Below are positions 28,101-40,100 of a stretch of DNA of 64,000 nt, in pieces. The notes under the pieces are model-generated. The model was not told where the DNA came from and did no database searches. It saw only the letters and a program-made list of their open reading frames with translations. The stretch is taken from positions 26,542,401 through 26,606,400 of the forward strand of contig CM120641.1 in assembly GCA_051362555.1 (NCBI GenBank). The letters are read 5' to 3'. The position numbers and the translations under genes are program-made. The DNA is from Lingula anatina (Eukaryota > Animalia > Brachiopoda). Position 1 is the stretch's first letter; each line of letters starts with the position of its first letter.

Positions 28101-31100
28101 AATTCTAACATATTTATATATGACAGAGCAGCTGATAAATTTGCATTTAAAATGTCCTTTGGTCACCCTCAGCTTCAAAAATAACTTGAAACAAACCTTT
28201 TCACTATAGCATGCCCTTATCGTTTCAAGTTACCTCTGACCAGTTTCGTTTAGACCTGGATTATTGAGCCAATAGAATCCATGTTTTTAAGATCTTTCAC
28301 CATAGTTTGGTGAAAACACTGATTGGATGAAAGTCTAGCAAGAAGTGGGTGCTTTTGGTCAGCATTTACAGGGATTACTTCGCCAAAGACAGTAAATAAT
28401 ATTAACAAAAGTGACTGGTTTTTGCACTGGCCTATGTGATTAAAAGCAGATCTCAAGCACCTGTATAAAATCTAGGTCATAATTGTATGTCATTAATGAG
28501 TTATTTTATACAGCATGTATATATACAAACAAACAAAACAAATTACCATGTCTTGAATTTTCCCGTGCTGTTGAACACTCTGCTGTATGTCACTGAAAAA
28601 AAGAAAATGAAACTGCTTCATACTAAATTAATATCTAATGCTCTGTCAACCAGAATGATTGATTACATTTTATTATCCCACCCTTTGTGATTACCTGAGT
28701 GAAAATCTAATTACAGTTAATTAACCATACCTTATGTTAGAGACAACTAGAGCTATCACTGAATACCATCAATGATTACTGCAAATCTCGAGAAAACTTG
28801 GTAAATACAATATCACGTTTCTCATCAAAATCATATTAAATCATATTAAAGCTGACACATTCTCAGAAAAATAAAGAACTTCTCCTGATATTTTCAGGTT
28901 TAAGATTTGTTCTCATGAAGGGAAAAATAACTGATAATAAGTTCTCCTGTTGTGTAACTGTACAAAAACAAGACATTTTGTTAAAAAGAACCTTGATTTT
29001 ATTTATTATTTATTCATTTATGAAATACTTGGATAATTACACGTCTTCACAAAATTTGAGCAACGCAATAATTGTCCCATTGAAAGGCATCTTCTATGCC
29101 TTAAACTGTGCTTGCAGTGCATGAAATATCAGTTGCCTCCTACATATGAAAAATTGGTACAAGCTCTTTTAAGTAGTGCTTATTCATGGTTACTGTTCTT
29201 TAAATACTTACGGAATAGACTGGATTTCTCTTCTGAATAGGTCTTTCTCTTCAGTGGCTTCACTGATTCTAGAAATATGTCACACATAAATACAAGTTAA
29301 CAAAAAAGGTCATTACACTATAGATTGTTCCAAGTTTTCAGCTAAAATAAAAAAAATCAGAGAAGAACAACATGAATCAACCCGGACACAGTATCCTCAC
29401 TTCTTAAATCACAGAGATAGAGATATCATGCTGTTACACCTCATAACCTACTTGCACGGATATAAAATACCAATCTTAGAGCAAAATCAGGCCAAGGAAA
29501 TATTTGCCAATTGATTACTATATAGATCATTAATCAGTACGTCAACTTACTTGACCTCTGGTCCTACCACCTTGTAGAACTGATGTAGCTGCACGCACAT
29601 GTTCCAAGTGTATTTGGCAGTGTCCTGATCCTCCTAAAATATTTTTAGGCAACAAATTTTTTAATAATTAAAGATTAAGATGCTGTTTTTGTTTTAAAAT
29701 ATATGACAGGAATATGTGGTATGGGGCTTTAGTTTCGGAGGAAGACAAAAAAAAAACAACCAAAAAAAAAAAACAAAAACAAACAAAAAAAAACAAACAG
29801 GCAAATGAAAAGATAAATAAAAAACCAAAATGAATAATGTACTATTACGATGATTACTCAATAATAAAAAATTGAACTTCCTTGGCCAATGTAAGATTAC
29901 TGTAGTAGCTAGATCCAACTCCAGATATGCTTTGTGACCTCACCCTAACTGGGGAATGTTGCTTTATCAAATTTAAGACAAATATCAATATTACCATAGA
30001 AACACAGACTTGTCTCCTATCTTAATTTGACAAAAATGAAAAAGCTTACCTCGCCATTAATTCTTTGACATTTGGCTCATATCTTGGTTTATACAGATAT
30101 TGAAAGTGACATTAAAGAAAATGAGACTACAAAACAAATCCATTTATCTCCAAGGACCATTTGCTTTTACTCACCATTATATACTTGAGAGCCTTTGTGC
30201 CTTTCTCAGGATGTATAAGAAAGAAATTTTTGTTGTAAGACATCTGTTTAACATCTTCCCAACTGAAATAGAAATGAGAACAAACTTTTTAAAATCTACA
30301 AGCTTAATCCAAGCTTGAACATAATAAATGTTAGACATTTGATTTTAAGGAAACTGAATGGTTTCTTATGACAACAGTCTATCTTTCATGATGTTTCTGC
30401 CGTTTAGCGAGGTAACAGGTTTGCCTTTACCATCAGACAATAAAGATATTCCATTTTAAAAAATATTAAAAACATCGATTTTAAAACTAAGAATGATAAA
30501 AATAGTGGTTATAACATTGAGTTTTATCTGTTATTTAAAGAATGTATTACTGCAAGACATAAAATAATTTTTCTATAAATCCAGCCAATACCTATAAGAA
30601 GTGATCAGCTCATAATTTGAAGAATGTATTATTTTAACACATAAAATGATTTTTTGAACAATCTTATCAATACCTATAAGTGGTGATCAGCTCTCCACTC
30701 TTGTGTCTGACATAGATGCCATGGATAGATGTCCCCAAAAGAAGTTCTTTGCCACTGTCATCCTTGGAAAAAACAATATCAAATTTCTCATAAAAAACAA
30801 ATTAAAGCTGGCTAAAGTTGGCATGCTGAAGCTGTCAAACATCTACTAATAAATCCTCATGTTGTGTAACAGTACACAAACAAGACATTTTGTTTAAAAA
30901 AAAAAAAGGTTGATTTTACCTACAATTCATGCATTTACGAAGTAATTGGATAATTATACATTTATCACTTTTGTAAATAAACATTGCAATTTAAAATGCC
31001 AATTCCAAGAAAATCGGCTTTCAAGCAAACTACTTTTTTTCTCTTTTTCAGCACATAACCTTACAAACACAATAAAAATTACCTTGGCAGTGTAATATTC

Positions 31101-34100
31101 TTGTCCAAAGCCATCTAACTGTTGGGCAAATTTAATGTATTCCATTTCTGCCATGACTGGTGGGAAGCCCTGCTGACTGCGATGGGCGTTGGTGACCTCC
31201 TGTGTGAGACCCACCAAAACATGCTCATCCGTGGTCATATGCTGTAAAACAAGGCATCAGGCATGAAAGTTTGATTATCAACATCTTTGTACATCACATG
31301 TGACAACTAGAACAACGTATCTGCAAACTGTTAGGGAGGTTCCAATGGCACACCTCGTCTTGCAGCCAATTTGTAAAATGTCTTAGATATCTATTTTAAT
31401 TTTCATGTTTATGTGCTCAGAAGGCCTCAGTAGTAAAACATGTAAAAAAATCCCTAATTTTGCAGCAAATAATTTTGCTTACATCTATTTTGTTGTCCAT
31501 AGCATATTACACAAGTATAATTAGTACATGAAAAATTTATCTTTTTAAAGATTAAAATCTTTCAAAGATTTCATCATGACAAAACATTTTATTTGTAAGC
31601 ATGTGGCAAGAATTGTAGTTCCATTATTCCAGATGTGCTTCTTTCCCTCGGGCCAGGCCTGCCAATAGTTATCAGGAGTTATCAGATCTTCAAAATTTAC
31701 TGGTTCCAGAATCATCAATATACTATTATTTCGCATAAAAACAATACTTTTTGCACAGAAACCATTTCAACTTCTTCTGATGGTAAAACAAATTGCTAGC
31801 AAGTTCATGCTTTGCTAACTTTGGTCATTTCTTGTCGATATAAGTCAAAGAAATGTTATACTGATACAAAATATTAGTGACCAAAATTCAATTTTGGTTC
31901 TCCCAGCAGGAAAGTCACCGGCCATGGCCAAGAAGGCTATTGGTTATTTTGCATAATATTTTGTTCTCTTTAGTGAATCCTTTCACCGTACACGAAAGGG
32001 TGGATGTCAAATGGAAAATGAAATACTAAATTAATGGGATGAGTAAGAAATCCACAAAGCTGTTGTAAACCCTGAGAAAGATCACGTTCTCTCAATCACA
32101 ATGAACCCTGAATTTGTCATAGATCTGATTACTTTATGCCACAGCAGGAATCCTGACATTACAGGTTCAGAAAATCATTAAGCAATTCATGAATCAGGGC
32201 TTTGTATCAATTACTTCAAGTCACCAGTGTAATCATTCATTTTTGGATCATTATCCTATATGTTGTACTAGTGTGACATTAATCTACATCAAGTTGTAAG
32301 TTTATGCTGCACAAACATGCCAAGAAAAAGAATATATTCAATAATTTATAAAAATAGTTGGAACATTATCTATCCAATAGTAATATAGTACATAAAGAGA
32401 CTGAATCCTGGCATACAAGTTAACATCACATTTATCACTTTTGTGAATTCTTAACAATAAACAATGCAATTTAAAATGCAAATACCAGGAAAACAGTTTT
32501 TCTAGTAGCATGGTTGACCCTAGAAATTCAAATACTTGCCTTTGGTAGTAAGACATATTCTTTTAAGTACTCCTGGCTATGCCTGTCACAGTCATGGTCA
32601 CCAAACTCAGCTTAAAGAGAAAGAAAAATTCTGTAATCAATACATACAGCAGTATATTTATAATAATAAATATCAATAGAATTAATGGGATCTATTACCT
32701 TTTAAGTTTTCAGTAGCCTGCTTGATGACTACCGTTTATTGGGATGAGATTGCCATTTTGTGCAAAAATTAGAAAAAATATGGCATGGGGTCCAGAGGGG
32801 TTGACTAGACCAATGATATTTTTGGCTCCCAAAAAGTCAGAAATCTGCCAATAGTTGGAAAAAATCTCATCCCTGTATTTGCCACTGCCACAGTAAAATC
32901 CAAGGAACATGACTAGAAGCTGTGGTTTGTCTAAAGAGAAGTTTCAGTTGTTCAGCTATTTCATACCTTGTAGACTGTAACTTGCCAGAAGCACTGCTTG
33001 CTCAGGGGCACAGGCTATGCGACCTTCTATTACATCATTTTTAATCTGTAGGAAGAACTGGTACCTGGAAAAAAAACAGCAATCCAGTGAATTCATGATT
33101 AACCTAATGTTTATTTTTTGTCGGAAAAAGATGACTCAAAAACAGGCAAAATCTAACACTGCTACTGCTTGTCAATTTTTATTTAATAAGGTCGCGCGTC
33201 AAGGTTATTTTCAGTTGCACCCTGGATTACGCACGCTTGCTCCGCAAGGTGTCGCCTGTGGTGGGGGGGCATCACAGCCCATATGGTTACTGTGGCGAAG
33301 GTGACAGGTACTTCCAAACATTTTTTCATAACTGTCATTTTTCCTTATTCTATTCATGAATTTGATATTTACGGCAATTGAAAATGTGGCACCGGCAAAA
33401 GTGAATCTAGGTGCGTTGACAGGCCGCACAGGTGTCCCCAATTAACCGCCGCCAGAGAAGAGACCCCAGGCATTAAACAACACAACCTGTAGATATTGGA
33501 AATTTGGAGAAAGTTAAGCAACTGAGGCTTTATTAGATTTGGACAGAAATCGGGGGTAATGCCCAGTGACATGCCAAACCCCTAAGTTCAAGTCTTGGCC
33601 CTTGACACCTGTAACGCACCCCTTAGTCAAGAATCTGAACAAATCAATGTTGGGCAGGTACAGGGTATACTCTATTTTCTACAGGTGTTTTGTGATTTTA
33701 TCAACTTGATTGTCAAGTGCCAGACCTTTTGTTCTCAGGTACTAGTAGCAAACTTTATCAGATAACAATCTGACGCTAACCAAGCTGCACTAACAGCGCT
33801 GTAAACCCAGTTATCAATGCTGTCATCTTTACCTGTATCTTTACCGGTATTATGCCAGTGGTACGTTTGACACATTTGAGTAAGGAAATATGCTTTTATG
33901 CTTACATTCATTTGTAATACGTTAGCATTAACCTGTTAATAAAAACTTGGAAACTTTCAATGTTATTACACAATAACAGTATAATGATGGGAGATGTTAT
34001 GATTAAATGCTTAGAAGAATAATAAAAACAAATTATGTGAAATATAAAATGAATTGATTTTATTTGGGTTATTTATTTATTTATTTCAAACCAATTAATT

Positions 34101-37100
34101 ATCAAACATGAAGCTTATTTTAAGAAACATTCGCAGATATATGAAATATAACCCTGCTGGTACACAGATCTACAGTTCTAAAATGCAAATACCAAGTACC
34201 TTTCACACACCACTGATGAGATGTGAATAATCATATGTATAAAGTAGTAAAAATATCACAAAATGTGTGTAAGCAAGATATTTCTACAAGTAACCTCATT
34301 AATCAGTCAGGAAACTTCATAATGCACCCAATAAATGTAGAAATTTGAGCCAGAGAAATTCTACATACAGGCATGACAGATTTACCATATATTGCCATCA
34401 ACCCTTAACTGAATGGGCATAGAAAGAACAAAGTGAGTCTCCCTCCCATTAAAAATGAGAAATAAAAATAAATAAATAAATAACAGATACTGTCATTCTT
34501 AATACTGAAAAACAATGGCACCTTGCAGCCTTCACTGCCTCACTATTTGCAGACAATGTTCTAGTCACTGTAACTGTGTACTTTTGATGAGGCATAGATG
34601 CAAGAATAACTTCTTTGAAGTATATTGTGAAGGTCTCTTTTGTCATAAATCTGCCATGTATAACCTGAATGAACATATTGCGATTCGCACCGCAGCAGCT
34701 TGTCTTAGTAAGGACTCAACCAGTTTGAAAACTTGTGGCATAGCTTCAGGGACAAGATCACACCGTCTATCCTTGCTGTGATGATGGATCTACTAGTACA
34801 TTATCTATGTCTTGTCCTCCTAGTTTCTCTAATACCATTTCTGCTGATCTATATGCTCACATCAATCTCTACAGCTTTACCAACTGCTACACAGTTTTTA
34901 CATCTGAAAGTATAAAGCAAAAATTGTAATAAAGCACTATCAATTTACTTGTTAGATATTGATTCGAGGGCAAGAGAAAAATGCAGAAACCTCATATGAT
35001 AATCAAGATAATTGAAAATCAAATATGCATAATCAAATTAATAGCTTTAATTGTACATACCACTGTTGATTTAATCTTTTAAACTTCAGCATAAATTTCT
35101 CTTGTTAAAGCATAGACACTTTATTAAAATGTGCTTGAACAAATAATAATAATAATAAACAACCTGCACACAAGATGGAACATGGAGGTCAATTGCCACA
35201 AAATAAGTTGATTTGTACTTGGTAGCCTGAGAAATAGTATCAGGTATTAATTTGAGCAGTAAATTGAGTAATAATACCACAGAGTTAACAATGACACAAG
35301 CATATGGTGTTGTGTAACAAAATTCATGCATTAAATTACTTGCTGTGGCAGTGTCCTCCCCAACCTATCGTGCACCGCAGGTTTTGATTTTCAATGTCAT
35401 CAAAAATGTTTATTGTTGTTAGTTTGATTTACGTATCTGCTATTCAAATAATATCGTTTGGAAAATAACTAACTCATTTAATTATGCTTTTGCAACATGA
35501 AATCATCATTAACTTTGCCGGTTCACGTGTATACAGTACCTTGCTATCAGTGCTGCTCTTTTCTCCCTAACTCGTCACTGACAGGCTAACCACATCGTTT
35601 CATAACAACGCTGGTATGCTCCTTTACTTTTGGTGTTGGCAGTTTCGCCCCGGGGACATCGTTTTTGGTTAAAAACAACGTATCGTTTTCACCCATCTAT
35701 ACATTGCTCCTGTACAAAATGGCCGCTTGCTGCCCCCCCAAGGGAAAAATCTTAGCACGTGGGTAGTTACGCAAGACCTGTGACGTATAACGCGCGCAAG
35801 GTTATTAACCCTCATCCACAAGGAAATGGAACCCTACGTAAACCCTGAAACCGGGCCTCAGAGGCCCGGTGTACCATGAAAATCTGACTCCCCCAAAAAA
35901 ACATTCAAAAATCTAATTTAATTTGAGTAAATAACTATGATCTTGTAGTATGCATAATGGAGGACACATTGGCACTTTTTGTTAGTTTGCAGGTGTAAAT
36001 TTTCATGAAAAAATAAAAAAAAATAAAGATTTGTATTTTACCACCCAAGGACTCCCCTATGAAAAAGCTATTTATTTGACATTTGATGACCATTTCAACA
36101 TCTTTTCTTTGAGGATACTTTATGAGGAATATATTGAAAGTACTTGAAAGTTTAATGGTTAAAAAATTGGGTGAAAAAAATAATAATAATAAAAAGACAC
36201 ATTAAAAAATAAGAAAAATTAAAGATTTATATTCTAACACCCAATGACCCCCCTATGAAAAAGCTATTTATTTGATATTTGATGATCATTCTGACAACTT
36301 TTCTTTGAGGATACTTTATGAGGAATATATTGAAAGTACTTGAAAGTTTGATGGTTAAAAAATTGGGTGAAAAAAATAATAAAAAAAACACATGAAAAAT
36401 AAGAAAAATTAAAGATTTGTATTCTAACACCCAATGACTCCCCTATTAAAAGGCTATCTATTTGATATTTGATGATCATTCTGACATCTTTTCTTTAAGG
36501 ATACTTAATGAAGAATATATTGGAAATATTTGAAAGTTTGAATGGTAAAATACTGGGTATGCTATATAAGAAGAATTCAGTAAAAAGGCGATGGGGCCAA
36601 TTTCTTGAGTTAAAAATGTAGCATTTTGACATGGAAGTGCAAAACCTACAGGTAGTAAGATGAATACATGTTTTAAAAATATTCACCAAAATTTTCACCA
36701 CCAAACTTTCAAATAATAACAAAATGTACATCTCTGTGCAAACTGTGTAGAAAACAATGGTATGGTGACTGAATATAAAATAGGTCTTTTTCTTTATGGG
36801 AATCCAAATCTCATGGGTATAAAAATGAAGATTTTCATGATTTATTTTTCATTCTTTCACTCACTATTTTATCATCAAACTTTTAAATATTTCCAATATA
36901 TTTTTCATAAAGTATCCTAATAGAAAAGATGTCAGAATGATCATCAAATATCAAATAAATAGCTTTTTCATAGGGGAGTTATTGGGTGATAAAATGCACA
37001 TTTTTAATTTTCTATTTTTCATGTTTTTTTTTTTTTTTTTAGTTTTTTCACCCAATAGTTTACCATCAAACTTTCAAATATTTCCAATATAATCTTCATA

Positions 37101-40100
37101 AAGTAAATTTAAAGGAAAGATGTAGAAATGATCATCCAATATCAAATAAATAGCTTTTTCAAAGGGGAGACAATGGGCGGTTAAGTGCACATTTTTAATT
37201 TTCATACTTTTTTCATGAAAATATTCACCTGCAAACTTTAAAAAAAAGTGCCAAAGTATCCTCCATTTTACATACTACAATATCACAGTCATATACTCAA
37301 ATAAAATAAGATTTATGAACATTTGTGGTGGGGGAGTCAAATTTTCATGGGGAGTCAGATTTTCATTATGAAAATCTGACTGGGGGAGTCAGATTTTCAT
37401 GTTACACCAGTCCCATGCTCCCTTAACCTCCACCTGGGTGCATGAATATACACTGTGTATGGAAAATGCAGAAAAAGTTTTTTTTTTCTCAAAATGGAAA
37501 GTTTCGCAAAGGTAGTGCAGTCTATCAGGTATGTAATAATGATAGATTTAAACTGATATCTGCATATCAGGTGACCAAGGTGACCGATTACTCATAAATA
37601 ATAATTTCTCCAGGTCTTGAATCTTTCACAGGCAGATTTCATTGACCATACTGATAGTCATAGCACACGTGATATTGCTTGTGTAAAACATTTTATAGCA
37701 AAGCTATTTGAGGTAACATGGACTTATTTATCCCATGTGGAAGTAAAATTATCAAGCGACCGGGCCTCAGAGGCCCGGTTTCCAGGAAATGGGACTAACT
37801 TTTGGAAAAGTTAATTTCTACATATGTTGTAAATTATTTCAAAACTAATTATTTATCCATTGATGGGGTATAAGTTGCTTGAGGATTACATGAAAGGAAC
37901 AGGCTCAAAACCTCATGCGAACGAAGAGAGAGCAAAAGATACATGGGTCCGGGCCTGCGAGGCCCCTGAAAGGTGATTGAGGGTTAAATCAGTAAGAGTT
38001 GTCTTAACAAATTCAAATGATGACATTGAGGATATATTTTTACAGATGCAACTGCATCAAAAGTGAGATTTAATCAATTTAAGCAACAACATCTGCTTTC
38101 AAAAAAAAATAAAATAATAATAAAATAATAATAATAATGATAATAATAAATAATAATAATAAAATTAATAATAATAAATTAATTTTAAAAAAATGCAGCT
38201 CAAGGCCTCAAACACAGCACATTTAGCCACATGTGTAGATCATTAAATACAACCAGCATTCTACGTCATTTCAACGACCTTCATATCTTTTCGCAGTGAC
38301 ATTAATGAACTTGGGAGTTTAACTGCAATGTACAGCTAGACTTCTGTATATGTATAGCCTGCAGCAGGTAGGAGTACAACCATCTATCAACATTCAAGCC
38401 CCTAGATGTCTGCCCTCTTGTCAGCAAGCACTCATTTCAACTGTGAAAAGTGGTAGATTCTGAGACAAGATAAAACTCGAGCACGAGCGCGTAATTATTC
38501 CAACCTCATGGTCTGGTGACTAAACCAGCCACCTGAACTCTCAGTAAAAAGACTCAGACTGTGGAAAGAATGCGGATTATTTGCAGTTTGGCAAGAAAAA
38601 TACTATTAACTCTTTTTATTCTATGTTTATTTATTAAGTCCTCAAATACCCAAAATTTCCAATCAGTTGAGCAGTGCAAAATATGTTTGTGCTGCAAAAG
38701 AAACTAGATCGATGAACAGTGAAAGCTGTGGATGAAAAAGCTTTTTGTATTTACTGTCCGTCATCTTCAGGGTTCTGTAACCCCCCCCCCCCTTCCCCAA
38801 CACTGCAATTTAACTGTAACAAGATACATGCATCCATGAATTTCGTGTTTATTTTTTTAATTTGTACACAAGTTTCAGTGCCCACTTGGCATAAAGGGGA
38901 AAACAGGAAAAGTTACCATAAATTCATGTTCTTCTCTCCTTTAGATTTTTACCATTTCCAATGTTTATCAACCAAAAGTTTTCTTTTGCTTTTGATTGTG
39001 AATGATTATCATTATGTCTTGGGAAAAAATGCACATATACGTATACTTACCTGGTCATCTCATCTTGAATCTTGTGCGAATTGTTCACATAGAAAACCAC
39101 ACCGAAGTACAGCAGTGGGTGCAGGGCAGTTTTGTCCAGCTGTTTCTTCAGCGGTCTTTCCAGCTCCACCCACCGAAACTGGTGCTGCTTGTTCAAATAC
39201 TTCAACCCAAAATACTGCATCTGGATATATAAAAGAAAAGTTGAAAGAGCATGTTTAATTACTGTTAAAAATGGTGATTAGAAAATGAAGAGAATATCAG
39301 AGGATCTGGTTCATTACTGTTAATCATGTGTAATATGTTGTTTCACTAGAAAATTGCAATGATATTTAACTTCATTTCATATCAAATTTCTCAACACACT
39401 GATTTTTCATATAGGTTCATTGATTAACATAATGAACTTATGAATAACTAGCTTCAATTCAATCATATACAGTAGATTTCTACTAGTACACATTTTTGGT
39501 GTGTTGATAAATGCCTTGATGCATCTACTAGCAATAATTCATCTCCTGATATATGTCCGAGCATATTATCATTAGCAGGGAACACCTTTCCCTGCATTAT
39601 CATCAGTGATTCACAGGACAAAAGACCACTTTGAAACACTGACCCCATTGTAGAGGAGATCAGCACACCCAGCAGCCAAAGTGTGCCCCTGCTCAGATAC
39701 ATGGAGATAGTAATGACTCGGTTTTTAAATACACCCAGACAGTTAACACAGTCTATCAGCTACATGTTATAGAAAGTTGTCTTTTCATGCCCTTATATAA
39801 AACCAACAGTGGTTCAGCAAAATGTCAGTTATTGCTGCAAACCATTCAGTAGTACAAGCTCCCCTATGGTTGATTTAATCAATTATAAGCCGGAGCTAGA
39901 GGCAGAGGAAAAATGTTCTAGTAGGCGTTAATATGCAAACAAGATATGTGGCTGATGATTTTTTGGGGCTCTGGTTGATGCTTTCCGCCTACTTTTGATA
40001 CCAGTGTGGTTAGGCTGACAACACATTTTGTACAGCAAGTAGCCCGTGTTGTGATACTCCAAATAGTGTGGAGAAATATTTCAAATAATAAAGATATTAT

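Larger units (their letters stand above)
35809..37983. mobile_element. piggyBac-like non-autonomous element (host of a nested foldback element)
   Basis: TTAA|CCCTCA ... TGAGGG|TTAA (TTAA at 35805-35808 and 37984-37987); internal palindromes ccgggcctcagaggcccgg at ~35851 and ~37760, with a variant at ~37949. Confidence 0.65.

Noticed and set aside
34449-34781. pogo DDE_1 or hAT transposase remnant
   Set aside because: The resemblance was superficial; the LASM...YTVTVT...ARCHC pattern and the upstream SAP exon fit a SWIM protein better.
36020-37200. CRISPR-like or coding repeat array
   Set aside because: Eukaryotic context; ~190-bp units without unique spacers, forming the arms of a foldback element.
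38719-39258. 179-aa plus-strand ORF
   Set aside because: Antisense to a PTPN14-like exon and intron; no recognisable protein features.
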